A DNA stretch of 63,517 bases, counting the filler, from Octopus bimaculoides (Eukaryota): NCBI RefSeq assembly GCF_001194135.2. It is 6 parts of 5 records of this genome, joined end to end, with 100 filler letters (N's around TTAATTAATTAA, not from the genome) between each part and the next. Parts side by side here need not be neighbours in the genome. Positions count along the whole stretch, not along the records: positions 19,038 to 35,799 come from NC_069004.1; positions 35,900 to 57,171 come from NC_068991.1; 4 more parts are not named here. One strand, given 5' to 3'. The notes under the pieces were generated by a model, which was not told the DNA's origin, did no database searches, and was given only the letters and a program-made list of their open reading frames with translations. The translations under genes and the position numbers were made by a program. This document shows, piece after piece, positions 27,124 to 39,510 of this stretch. Position 1 is the first letter of the stretch. The number at the start of each line of letters is the position of its first letter.

Positions 27124-27175
27124 ACATTGTCCCAATTGATGAGGAGGTATTTGACTTCGATATTGAATCTGACAG
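27124..27175 (+). CDS. GTSE1: GTSE1/PSRC1-family protein, 52-nt internal exon (DIVPIDEEVFDFDIESDS)
   Basis: Pyrimidine-rich acceptor ...TATTTCAG and donor GTGAGT. The phase-2 end AG joins T at 32510 to give S-DDEVFFG. It parallels the vertebrate GTSE1 segment DILLLADEKFDFDLS. Confidence 0.8.
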
Positions 27176-27499
27176 GTGAGTCTATTTATTACACTTATTG
27201 TTTGTAATTTACCAAGCGTCTTTAAATGGTGAGCTGGTGGGTGAGTAGTTAAAATGTATTGAGTTGATGTAATCTCAGTAACTTTTACAATATATTGATC
27301 CCTGCTTCTTAGCTTAGTTGAAATTTGCTACTGGCTAAAGAAAAGTAGCTGAGTGTGTAGGAAGTGGGTATAAGGTGAACTATGAGAGACACAAGATGCA
27401 CAGTGACAGAGGTAAGATGCACATTGGGGTGGATACAGTGATTAACAAAAGAGGTGCTGACTGATAAAATCAATACATATATCGTAGTAAATTATCCAT

Positions 27500-27950
27500 T
27501 TAAAAAAAAAAATTTTAATTAGTAAAAGGAGAGCTCGGGTTGAAAAGGCCTGCTGCCTTTTCAAGATACAGTGGTGCAATGGATGTGGCCGATGTACCAG
27601 TTTGACCATTTGCAGGACAATATGTGAAGGAAAAATATGAGATGGGGAGGAAGGGAACTGAGGATCTGCTATGACTGTTTGCATCTTTGTGAAATCTGCA
27701 AAAGGCACCTAAGAACAAGGCAGTGCTTTTTAAAACAGGCAGTATGTTATGCCTACAAATTGAACAAGATATGGAAGTAAAAAAACAAAACAAAAGGGAG
27801 CCGTTGGACATTATCATGAAACCAGTACATTACAAGAGGAAAGATGAAGGAATTTGGATTGTGACATGTGTCAGAATGAATGATAAGTTTCAGAAGAGTA
27901 AGAGGAACAGTGTAAGTCGTTTGGTAGAAAGTGGTAAATACTACTTCTTT
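27500..27950 (+). mobile_element. Possible old LINE RT remnant
   Basis: Weak resemblance of FKTGSMLCLQIEQDMEV...VTCVRMND to RTE-type C-terminal RT regions. Confidence 0.3.
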
Positions 27951-27961
27951 GGAAAAAGGTG

Positions 27962-28110
27962 TAAACATGGCTCTGTGGTTAAGCAGTTTGCTTTGCAACT
28001 GTGTAATTCCAGGCTCAATCCTCTTGGGCAAGTTTCTTTTATCTTGGCTTCAGTTTGCCCAATATCTTGTGAGTGGAATTTGATACATGGAAACTGTAGA
28101 ATCCCATATA
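27962..28110 (+). mobile_element. Degenerate SINE family A 5' half
   Basis: CATGGCTCTGTGGTTAAG...CTTGGGCAAGT...CTTGTGAGTGGAATTTG. Confidence 0.65.
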
Positions 28111-28117
28111 ATACATA

Positions 28118-29109
28118 CACAAGGGTTGGCTAAAAGGTTCATAGGCTAACCAAGACACTTTCATGGAGTATGACCAAATGAAGTTTATTTTTCAACGTAG
28201 TCTTCCTTGCATTCCACACTGCATCAGTATTGCATCGATATTGCAGATGCTTGGATCCCGTTGGTGAAGAAGCCTTCATCCTGTTAGTCAAAAAATGTCA
28301 TCAACAGCAGAGACATGACATTATTATCATTGTGATACTGGTTGCCAACCAACTGTTTTTTCATGTTGGGGAACAGATGATAGTCAGATGGGGTCAAATC
28401 AGGAGGTGGGGTGGTCAATCAGTTCAAAGCCACAATCACACAGCAGCCATTGAAACAAAGGACTTGTATGCTGGAGCAACAAGATCCAATTTGTCAGTTT
28501 TCTTGGTCATTTGGTCTTGATAGCCTTTCATAACTGTCTCAGCAAGTTGGCATAGTACTATCCATTGATGTGGTCAGCCTGGTGTGCTTTTGATCAGGTA
28601 TCCTAAGACATGGCACCCACCAAACAGAAACCTTCATTATGCCAAGTTCATTGTGTAGAGTATTCTCCACTCTCTTACAGGATATGCTAATAGCATTGGC
28701 TGCAGTGAATACGATCAAGGTTTTCCTTGGTGGAGGCAGTTGCCGGACATCCAGACCTTCGGTCATCTTCAAGAACCTCTGTTCCCATCCTAAATTCAGC
28801 TTCCTACTTTTGCACTGTTGACAAAGCTGGAGTGTCAGCTATCTACTAATGTAGCAACCATGTTATCACGAATGTTCTTGGGGAGCTAAACCCTTTTTCT
28901 GCAGGTACTTGATAACGCCATGATGCCAAATTTTGTCCATTTTAAAGAGAAGTTGCTACTAGTTGCTTTGGAAGTCTTCTTTGAACAGTCAGTTTATCTA
29001 GTAAAAAAAACTATGCAGTTATTAAGATTTGAAATCAATGTATGCGAAATTTCAGTTCTAGCATCACTCCTTCATAGTCAACCTGTGAACTTTTCAGCCC
29101 ACCCTCTTA
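28118..29109 (-). mobile_element. mariner (DD34D-type) element with both TIRs, internally deleted
   Basis: Left TIR AAGGGTTGGCTAAAAGGTTCATAGG matches the reverse complement of the right TIR (GAGGGTGGGCTGAAAAGTTCACAGG). The frame LHNELGIMKVSVWWVPCLRIPDQKHTR contains the WVP motif. Confidence 0.85.
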
Positions 29110-29360
29110 TACATGATTATGATCAGAAAAGCTAATTGGAATGTAAGCTAACTCAGATTTTAAAAAATACATGGAATAAAATATTTGTGTATTAATACAT
29201 CACAATTTTATAATGTGTTAATTTAATATACTCCAAAACATCGAGTATAGAGAAAGATCTAAGCCAAAGTGGTAGTTGTGCAATTAAAGACAGTTGCACA
29301 GGTTGTGCGTGCTGGTCTGACATGTAAATGGTTAGTATACATATACAGGGATATGTGCAT

Positions 29361-29399
<39 letters not shown>

Positions 29400-29599
29400 G
29401 TATGNNNNNNNNNNGGTTTTTTTTTTTTTTTTTTTCTCCCAGTAATTTTCTTGGATCAGATGAAATTCATTGAGGCAGATCTTTTTTACATTTGATATAT
29501 TTCCGTATGGACAAACATATTTTATGGACACTGCTTGTATGACAGCACCCTTCGTTCACAACTATTACATGATGCCAAGACAAGGAGACAGTCACACAC

Positions 29600-29730
29600 A
29601 AGCATAAGGCAGGCTTCTTTCAGTTTGTCTACCAAATTCATTCACAAGGCTTAGACTTGCCCACAGTGCCATGCAGTCAGACTGAATCCAAAACCATGTG
29701 GTTGGGAAGCAAACTGTGTAACCATGTAGC
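29600..29730 (-). mobile_element. Degenerate SINE family A 5' half
   Basis: GGCTTCTTTCAGTTT..CTACCAAATT...CTTGCCCA...AACCATGTGGTTGG. Confidence 0.7.
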
Positions 29731-29859
29731 AATAGAGAAAAACATTTGATCTTTGTCATGTATTTCATAGTTTTTGGCTGCTCTACCTGTCACCAGCTAC
29801 TTTATAGCATACACTGGATGTTATCATACCACCATGCACTGGGACATGTGGCAATTTGC

Positions 29860-30215
29860 TGTATTTGAGAAGCCATGTCAAGCTAAGTAAAACTGCAGCC
29901 ATCCATACATAGCGGCATGTCTTTTATGGCCATGTCCCTGCTCTCTCTCCCAGCTGAGAAGTCTTTGTCTTGCAGGTGCCAGTGCCACATAAAATGCACT
30001 TGCACTGGTGCCACATAAAATCCACTCATGTTGGTGCACCTATACCGGTGCTATATAAAAAACACCCAGTACACACTGTAAAGTGGTTGGCATTAGGAAA
30101 GACATCCAGCCCTAGAAACCATGCAACAACAGACAACTAGAGATTGGCTAGCTCCTTTCAAATCATCCAACCTATGCCAGCATGGAAAATGGATGTTAAA
30201 TGATGATGGTGATGC
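29860..30215 (+). mobile_element. RTE LINE 3' end fragment
   Basis: Same terminal sequence and GAT tail as 32030-32398. Confidence 0.75.
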
Positions 30216-30536
30216 AACAGTATGCTACCATACCATCAGCATGAAAGAGCTGCCTGTGCCAAGATGAACCCATTTCTTACCATATTCCTGTTGAAATACA
30301 TTACTTTTGTTTTAATTGATTTTAAAACTTATGAAGATTAAGTAAAATAGTTTTATTATTAAGCTGGTGTTTGGAACATTATTTAACATCAAATTTTGAT
30401 GAACGCTTTAAGTTATTTTTGAAAAAACAAGCTTGTACCAAAAAATCTGGAGCAGTCTCAGACATGGGGTGGGGGTAATAAACGGTTTAAATAATAAATT
30501 CAATTTAAATGTTGCTAATAAATACATATATATATA

Positions 30537-31020
30537 TATGAAGAGGTACCCAAAGATAACCGGAAACGTTCTCTGTAGGACAAGTTAATTGTAGTTCAAG
30601 CTTCTGCCGCTAGAAGCCACTTGATGCGACCCTCAGGCATCAGTCTGCTGACCAACATCTGAGGGTGTCATTCTGCCATGTGGTGCATCTTCGTTTTGCA
30701 GTGCTTCTTCCCAATTTGTCAATTTTTGTGATGGCTGAAACAAAGGAACAGCGTGCTTCCATGAAATTCTGTTTCCTGCCAGGGAAAATGGTGGCCAAAA
30801 CAGTTGTCATACTTCAAACAACTTACGAGGATGCTGCCATGAGCGAAATACAAGTTTATAAGTGTTTTTCATGCTTTAGGAAATGGTCCCTTGTCGCTTG
30901 AAGACCAACCTTGTTCAGGGCAACCATCAACCTCCCAAACGAATGAAAACATGAAAATTCATGAACTGATCTTGGAAGACCGTCACTGAACAACTGACGA
31001 ACTTGTTGATATGATATGAC
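30537..31020 (+). mobile_element. mariner 5' part (TIR, UTR, N-terminal HTH), truncated at the LINE junction
   Basis: MAETKEQRASMKFCFLPGKMVAKTVVILQTTYEDAAMSEIQVYK...EDQPCSGQPSTS...KIHELILEDR is a typical mariner paired-like DNA-binding domain. Confidence 0.8.
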
Positions 31021-31024
31021 CTGA

Positions 31025-32398
31025 CAAGGATCAGTCCTCAGCCTCCTCTTGTTCATCATAGTCCTCCAGGCAATAACAGGAATTTAAGACTGGTTGCTCC
31101 CGGGAGCTTCTCAAAGCTGATGACCTTGTTCTTGTAGCTGAATCATTACCAGAACTAGAGAAGAAATTTCAGGTGTGGAAGCAAGGTCTGAAATCAAAGG
31201 GCCTTAGAGTTAACCTAGCAAAAACCAAAGTCTTAGTAAGTAGGAAGGCGGACAAACCACAAATCTCTTCAGGTAGATGGCCCTGCTCGATATGTAGGAA
31301 AGGCATAGGTAGAAACTCCATAAGATGCACCTAGTGCAAGCTATTGATACATCAGAGGCGCAGCAATATCATGGAAAGATTAACTGGGAAAATAGTTTTT
31401 GTGTGGAGGTGCACAGGTAAAATAAACACTGAATATGTGCAGAAAATGGGCTACATTGACTGCCTGTGGGGTAAGCTAGTAGTTGTTGACAACTTCCATT
31501 ATTTAGGTGACCAAGTCAGTAGCAGAGGTGGATGCTCCGAGAGCATAGCTGCAAGAATAAGAATAGGCTGGACAAAGTTTAGAGAGCTCCTACCGCTAAT
31601 AACAAAGAGCCTCAGAATGACAGGCAGACTGTATGGTGCTTGTGTGTGAACAGCTACGCTACACAGCAGTGAAACATGGACTGTGACTGCTGAGGACATG
31701 TACAGGCTCAAAAAAAATGAAGCTAGTTTGCTTTGTTGGATGTGTGATGTCAGTGTGCAAGTGTCTTAAGAGAAGAGGCATCAGGTGTAATGTGCAAGAG
31801 AGATGACTGTGCCGATAGTCATGTGATGCGTATGGATGAGGACAACTGTGTAAAGAAGTGCCAATCTCTAACTGTGGAGAGAACTTGTGGTAGAGGTAGA
31901 CCCAGGAAGACATGAGATGAGGTGGTGAAGCATGATCTTCGAACATTGGCCTCACAGAGGCAATGACTAGTGACCGAGACCTTTGGCGATATGCCATGCT
32001 TGAGAAGACCCATCAAGCCAAGTGAAATTGTAGTCATGGCTGATGCTGGTGTCATGTAACTGGCACCTGTGCTGGTGGTATGTAAAAGGCATCATTCGAG
32101 TGTTGGGCCTCATGGAGGCAATGTGGCCAATGCCAGTGTCATGTAAATGGCACCCATCCCAGTGGCACATAAAAAGCACCATACAAGCATTGGGCTTCAC
32201 AGAGGCAAGGTGGTTGATGCTGGTGGCACGTAAAAGCGCCCATTACACTCTTGCAGTGGTTGGCATTAGGAAGGGCATCCAGCTGTAGAAAACCATGCCT
32301 AATCAGACTGGATCCTGGTGTAGCTTGCCAGCTCTGGCCAAACCATCCAACCCATACCAGCATGGTAAATGGATGTCAGAGGATGATGATGATGATGA
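31025..32398 (+). mobile_element. 5'-truncated RTE-clade LINE (RT C-terminal half, 3' UTR, (GAT)n tail)
   Basis: QGSVLS(P)LLFIIVLQAI, ADDLVLVAES, GLRVNLAKTKV, a Cys-rich insert WPCSICRKG, FHYLGD and ARIRIGWTKFRELLPL. Confidence 0.9.
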
Positions 32399-32509
32399 CA
32401 CACACACACACACACTCACTCACTCACACTCAAAAGTAACAATATTTAAATCTAACTAAAAATGAGTATTCATAATAACTTTTTTTAAAAAATGTTTTTT
32501 GTTTTTCAG

Positions 32510-34646
32510 TGATGATGAGGTATTCTTTGGAGATGTTGGGTTTACAGAGAAATGTGTAGCACATGAAGTAGATAGCATGTGCAATGCTGAGCCCCTGCCT
32601 GAACTTACAGATGAACAATGGAAAGAGATGGAGAAAGAAGCATACAAAGTGGTTGCTGCGATCCGCGAGAGTCAAGAGAAATGTAATAGTTCCCTTACTG
32701 AGGTCCCTTCCATTGATACAACTAGTTTGTCACAGAGCACCGGGTTAAAACGAAAGCTGCAGCTCTTGAATGAAAACTCAATTAAACAATCACCTCTTCT
32801 GGACATTACAAACTACAGTGATACAAGATTGAATAAATCTTCAATCGTAAATAGTAAATTCGATGAAAATGTCTTGGATTCTTCCATTTTCAAAATGAGT
32901 AGCTCATGTGATGAACATCTAGGTTTAGTGAAACCAGTGTGTTTGAACTTTGATGACATAGAACCTTCTCCTAAAAAAATCCGCTGCTTTAATGCTTTCA
33001 TGTCACCAGGTAAAAATCTTCCATTGCTTATAAATGAAACCTGCGAGGGTCTGTATATGAATAGTCCCACAGCCAAGGATGCAATTCCTTTTGATTTTAA
33101 GCTAAATGAAGCTGACCTTGAAAATTCTATTAAAACAACCAGGCATAAATCTCGGCATCTGAATCAGGGAAGACCTGTCAATAAAAGAACTCCTATTAAA
33201 GTAAAAGAACCACGTACTCCAGAGAGTTTTACAAAAATAAGTTCCAGTACACCAGTCGATGAAGTTAAACGCTCTCGTAACAGTATCCTAAATGTATCGT
33301 TCACAGTGGACAGAGATGAGAGCTTCTTGAAAAAGCTTGGCGATTCAGATTTACTGAAAAATACAAAAACTTCTTTGCCCAGATCATTCATTGTTGACAG
33401 TGAGAAACCACTGTTAAACAAGTCGTTCACTGTTGACTGTAAGAAACCACAACTAAATGAGTCGTTTACTGTTAAAAACCAGACACCATCATTAAATGAG
33501 TCGTTTACTGTTAGAAACAAGACACCACTATTAAATGAGTCGTATACCGTTAGAAACAAGACACCACAATTAAATGAGTTGTTTACTGTTAGAAACAAGA
33601 CACCACTATTAAATGAGTCGTTTACTGTTAGAAACAAGACACCACAATTAAATGAGTCGTTTGCTGTTAGAAACAAGACACCACAATTAAATGAGTCGTT
33701 TACTGTTAGAAACAAGACACCACAATTAAATGAGTCGTTTANNNNNNNNNNACCACAATTAAATGAGTCGTTTACTGTTAGAAACAAGACACCACAATTA
33801 AATGAGTCGTTTACTGTTAGAAACAAGACACCACAATTAAATGAGTCGTTTACTGTTAGAAACAAGACACCACAATTAAATGAGTCATTTACTGTTAGAA
33901 ACAAGACACCACAATTAGATGAGTCGTTTACTGTTAGAAACAAGACACCACAATTAGATGAGTCGTTTACCGTTAGAAACAAGACACCACAATTAAATGA
34001 GCCGTCTACTGTTAAAAATAAAACACCAGTGTTAAATACTTCATTTACAGTAGAAAGTGAACACTCATTGCCAAACAAGTCAATTACTATTGGAGGTAAT
34101 GAAACAATTTCAAATGAGCCCTTGACAAAAGGAAGGAAATCAAATATACGAAAATCTTCCCAAACAGCAAATGTAATGGGTCCCATGAGCAGGATCTCGA
34201 CAAGTAAATCCTCTACTAAGATAAAGGGTAATACCATATCTGATCAACAGAACTTGCAAGACAAATCTATATCTAAAAGCAAAAATAACCCAGGGAAAAA
34301 TCCTGTGAGAACTGTTCCAACAACTACTTCAAGGAAAAGACCCTTGGATTCCCCTAGACAAAGTTTAAGATATTCCAAGGTAGATACAAAAACCAAAAGT
34401 GATCAAAAGAGTTTTGTTTTGGGAAATAATGTTACCTCTAAGTTAACCCAAGCTGTTCCTTCTAAACCGTTATACATTGCGAAAAAACCAGACATCTCAT
34501 TTAACAAATCTTTAAACATTCCCAAAGATGAGAATGGAATGGTAAAATTCCAAGAAAAGTCCAGTGGTGTTGTCAAGAAAACGAAATCAAGTTTGCAACT
34601 TCCTCACAACAGAGTCCTAAAGAAACCTGCAAAAGGCTCCACAACT
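32510..34646 (+). CDS. GTSE1: GTSE1/PSRC1-family protein, 2137-nt exon (GTSE1_N domain, 13-aa repeat array, basic Ser/Thr-rich region)
   Basis: Acceptor TTTTTCAG at 32509 and donor GTAAGT at 34647; open frame throughout apart from a 10-N gap. DDEVFFGDVGFTEKCVA...LTDEQWKEMEKEAYKVVAAI matches the GTSE1_N pattern (human EDDEVFFGPFGHKERCIA...EKFVEVYKEAHLLA). Confidence 0.85.
33400..34080 (+). repeat. Coding minisatellite, 39-bp unit (KTPQLNESFTVRN), at least 17 copies
   Basis: Unit AAGACACCACAATTAAATGAGTCGTTTACTGTTAGAAAC with degenerate outer units. The gap at 33742-33751 hides the true copy number. Confidence 0.95.
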
Positions 34647-34685
34647 GTAAGTTTTTTTTTCTTTTCTTTTTTTTATAAAGCTTTA

Positions 34686-34800
34686 GGCACAGGTGTAGCC
34701 CTGTAGTTAAGTTTACTTCCCACTCATGTGGTTTTGGGTTCAGCCCCATAGCACAGCACCTTGTGCAAGTATCTTCTACTATAGCTCTGGGGTGAGTAGA
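34686..34800 (+). mobile_element. SINE family A head, 40 bp into the intron
   Basis: TAGGCACAGGTGTAGCC...GGGTTCAGCCCC...CCTTGTGCAAGTATCTTCTACTATAGC. Confidence 0.75.
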
Positions 34801-34822
34801 TTTAGACAGAAATTATATATAG

Positions 34823-34881
<59 letters not shown>

Positions 34882-35591
34882 ATTGAGAGAGAGACAGAAG
34901 ATGGAATATACAAGAATCTTGATTGATAACTACAATCTTTTCAACCCATCTAGTATTGATACAGCACAACTGGTTTAGGTTATCTTTTGGTGTAGGTTAT
35001 CTTTTGGTGTAGATGTCTTCAAGTGGTATTTCATCAAATTAAATTCTCTTTTGCAGAACTTATTACTGCATGTTTAATTCTTAGGCTTCATAGATAGAAA
35101 TGGCAAATTGATAGTTTTTTTGTTTTATTGTGTGTGTATATATATAGTGTATTATTGTATATTTGTTTCTTTTTGTATCTGATCTTTGTCATTGATCTTC
35201 TAAAGAATGAAGCAGTATCTGTCATTTTTTTAAAGTGCAAAAAATATTTTGAGTTATTTTAAAATTTTTAATAGAAGTAACAAGTAATAACAAATAAAAG
35301 TAATATGAAGTTCAAGAAGTAAACATGCAGTAATAAGTCATGTGAAACAGAATTTACTTTGAAATCACTGAGGAGACAACCTAAACCATTTGTGCAGTAT
35401 CCCACCCATGAGGAATCAATGCTTGTAGTGATCAAAATGATTGTAGTGATCAATAAAGATTCTTGTATATTCCATCTCCAGTCTCTCTCATTAATTACAT
35501 ACCCAACAAACAAAGAGCCAGCAAACTACCAGGTGTATACTGTATACCATATGATTTATCATCTAACTAAATGTGTATATATATATATATA

Positions 35592-35799
35592 TCATCATCA
35601 TCATCATCATCGTTTAACGTCCGCTTTCCATGCTAGCATGGGTTGGACGATTTGACTGAGGACTGGTGAAACCGGATGGCAACACCAGGCTCCAGTCTGA
35701 TTTGGCAGAGTTTCTACAGCTGGATGCCCTTCCTAACGCCAACCACTCAGAGAGTGTAGTGGGTGCTTTTACGTGTCACCCGCACGAAAACGGCCACGC
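35592..35799 (-). mobile_element. RTE LINE 3' end
   Basis: (ATC)n followed by the reverse complement of the RTE terminus. Confidence 0.85.
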
Positions 35800-35918
35800 N
35801 NNNNNNNNNNNNNNNNNNNNNNNNNNNNNNNNNNNNNNNNNNNTTAATTAATTAANNNNNNNNNNNNNNNNNNNNNNNNNNNNNNNNNNNNNNNNNNNNA
35901 TATATACATACATACATA

Positions 35919-36085
35919 TATACGGCAGGTTTCCACTCAGTCGCCGTCTATTAAATTCGCGCCCAAAGCAATGGTCGGCTCGCTGGAGGTTAGAAGCTGA
36001 AGTGGAAGGCACTAACCGAAGGTGCCACGCAGTGGGCATGAACCCCAAAACCACGTGGTTGCAAAGTCAGTTGCTTAACCACACG
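35919..36085 (-). mobile_element. Degenerate SINE family A 5' half
   Basis: AAGGTGCCACGCAGTGGG...AACCACGTGGTTG. Confidence 0.7.
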
Positions 36086-36605
36086 TTTGTGCGACCACGT
36101 AGAAGAAGCCCGACGCCGCCGCCTCCGCCCGCTCCTTGGCTTGTAATTAGTAGTTTTCAATGAGAGGTAGACGCTATGGCGTAAGCATAACATGCAAGAC
36201 TTGTAGAAGGATTGAATTATTGACAACTGCCGAAGCAGAAGCCATTACACAATGCTACTAGCAGCTGGAGACTGTGGAAAAAAGGGTTAAATTAAAACAA
36301 ACTATTAAGTTGTTGTATTATGGGAAAATCCATTATGAATTCGGCAGGTAGCTATGGACTTGAAAGCTTTAATTTAATGATAAAATTTTGCTGTTTGAAG
36401 CGCTTACGTACACACGCACATACGCACATGCACACACACACACGCGCGCACATACACACACTCGTACGCATGCGCGTATATGGAGAGATCTATACAAAGA
36501 TATATGCATTTATATACTAATATGCATATGGCTAGATATACGTATAACATATATATATATGTGTGTGTCTGCTTATATATCAATATATATAACATATACA
36601 TATAT

Positions 36606-36642
<37 letters not shown>

Positions 36643-36680
36643 TACATAATATATGTACCATATGTAATATATATAAATCA

Positions 36681-36713
<33 letters not shown>

Positions 36714-36774
36714 GTGTATGTATGTATGTATGTATATATATATATGTATATACACATATATATAGATATTTTTA

Positions 36775-36913
<139 letters not shown>

Positions 36914-37494
36914 ATAAATAATGTACTATGTATACTATATACATATGTACATAATATATGAGTGTAAGCGTAAGTATATTGTGAATGTGTGTGTGTGTAT
37001 GCGTGTGTAAATATATGTGTGTGTGAAATATGTGTAAACATGTATGTACAAATATAAGTGCGTGTGTATGTGTCTATATGTATACATGTGTGGTGTGTGT
37101 GTGTGCATGCGTGTTTGTGTGTGTGTCTGTTTGTTTGTTGAAGATACTGTATAATAATAAAAAGTTAATCAGTATCTGCCGAGTTCAAAGTGTTTCGGTT
37201 TAAAAGACGAGTAGTTAAAATATATCCGTGTTAGCTTTAATTAATAATATCCTGCTTGTTATTAAACATTAGATATCTGGTTGCTTATTGCTCCCGTCTG
37301 TGTTGCTCATGAAAAATTGATTTCCACCCACGTATGTAGGTATGTAGGTAGGTAGGTTGGCAGGTAGGTAAGTAGGTAGGTATAAGACTAGTCATTTAGA
37401 AAAGGACAGAACGAGATAAGTAAGAAGAATGGGAATTCATGGCGTCCGTGGGTCTTGGTCAATTTGTATTATGGCGTAATTAAATAAGAAACTG

Positions 37495-37850
37495 TGGAGG
37501 CGCAGTCATAGGATCGTGGTTTCGATTCCCAGACCGGGCGTTGTGAGCGTTTATTGAGCGAAAACACCTAAAAGCTCCACGAGGCTCCGGCAGAGGGTGG
37601 TGGCAAACCCTGCTGTACTCTTTCACCACAACTTTCTCTCACTCTTACTTCCTGTTTCTGTTGTGCCTGTAATTCAAAGGGTCAGCCTTGTCACACTGTT
37701 TTACGCTGAATCTGCCCGAGAACTACGTTAAGGGTACACGTGTCTATGGAGTGCTCAGCCACTTGCACGTTAATTTCACGAGCAGGCTGTTCCGTTGATT
37801 GGATCAAGTGGAACCCTCGATGTCGTAAGCGACGGAGTGCCAACAAAAAC
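37495..37850 (+). mobile_element. SINE family C
   Basis: Closely similar to 23573-23957, with a small deletion in the head. Confidence 0.9.
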
Positions 37851-38234
37851 AACAAATAAGAAACTAGGAAACGTAAGAAATATGTGAAGCAGTTATAAAT
37901 ATTCCGTTTTTGGATTTGGTTTGCAAGATTCTTTATGTGAGTCAACAACTATTGTAAACGTTGCAAGACGCAACGAAGTTTTTAGAAAAATAAATAAGTA
38001 AATGAGTGGAAATTTTACCAGTGCGTGTGTTAAATTATAAGGCACTAAAAGAGAATGACTCTCACCAGACACAACAGAATAATTATAAATAGTTTAAGTG
38101 AAATAGATTTGGTTTTTAATCACTGCAAATTGAAACCGGATCGCTAATTTATCTGCTCGTCACCTTGCTTACATCTTAACAAATTACGCTCCTTAATCTA
38201 AAATTGATGCGCTTTCTTCTTATTAATATTCTTT

Positions 38235-39510
38235 TCTACTCTAAGGCACAAGGCCCGAAATTTTTGTGGGGGAGGTGCCAGTTGATTACATCGACCCCAG
38301 TACGCAACTGGTACTTAATTTATCGACCCCGAAAGGATGAAAGGTAAAGTTAACGTCAGCAGAATTTGCACTGAGAACGTAAAGACAGACGAAAAACTGC
38401 TAAGCATTTCGCGCGACGTGCTAACGTTTCTTATTTCTTTACTGCCCACTAGGGGCTACACACAGAGGGGACAAACAAGGACAGACAAACGGATTAAGTC
38501 GATTATACCGACTCCAGTGCGTAACTGGTACTTATCTAATCGACCCTGAAAAGATGAAAGGCAAAGTCGACCTCGGCGGAATTTGAACTTAGAACGTAAC
38601 GGCAGACGAAATACCGCTAAGCATTTCGCCCGTCGTGCTAACGTTTCTGCCAGCTCGCCGCTTTTTGTCTCATTAATATTGTTGTTATGATTCCACTGAG
38701 GTTTATTTTACATTTTATCGTTCGGGAGTCGACCAAATAAGTACCAGTCATGTACTGGGGTTGATGAAATCGACTAATCCACCTTCTCCCCCAAAATTTC
38801 AGGCCTTGTGCCTTTAGTAGAAAGTATTATTATTATTATTAAGGCGGCGAGCTGGTGGAATAGTTATCACGCCAGACAAAATGCTTAGTGGCATTTCGTC
38901 TGTCTTTATGTTCTGAGTTCAAATTCCACCGAGGTCGACTTTGCCTTTCATACTTTCGGGGTTGATAAATCAAGTACCAGTAGAATACTGGGGTCGATGT
39001 AACCAAAATTTCAGGCCTTGTGCCTTTAGCAGAAAGGATTATTATTGTTATTAAGGCTGCCAGCTATTAGCACGCCGGACGAAATATTTTAATGGCGTTT
39101 CGTTCGTCTTTGCTCTTTGCGTTCAGAGTTCAAATACAGCCGAGGTAGACTTTGCCTTTCATCCTTTCGGGAGTCGATGAAATAATTACCAGTTGGACAC
39201 TGGTGTCGACTGTAATCGACTCATCCCCTCCCCTGCCCTTGTGGCAAAATTTGAAGCTACTATTATATTTTTTTTTATTAAGAAGGCGAGCTGGCAGAAT
39301 CTTTACTGCACCCGAACAAAATGGTTAGAAGCATTTCTTTCGGCTTTACATTCCGAGTTCAAATGCTGCCGAGGTCGACTTTACCTGTCAAGACGATAAA
39401 TTAAGTACCAGTTGAACACTGGAGTCGAAGTAATTGACAAGCCCACGCCCCCAAAATTCCAGGCCTTGTGCCATAGTAGAAAAGGTTATCATTATTATTA
39501 TTATTATTGT
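38235..39510. mobile_element. Cluster of six SINE family B copies (2 minus, then 4 plus head-to-tail, separated by ATT tails)
   Basis: Copies at about 38240-38430(-), 38436-38665(-), 38690-38840(+, partial), 38842-39050(+), 39054-39280(+) and 39282-39510(+). Confidence 0.85.

Noticed and set aside
33400-34080. 39-bp array as a CRISPR-like locus
   Set aside because: The units are contiguous with no unique spacers, lie in frame in a eukaryotic exon, and there are no cas genes.
33164-34237. 357-aa minus-strand ORF
   Set aside because: It is the antisense shadow of the repeat-containing exon.
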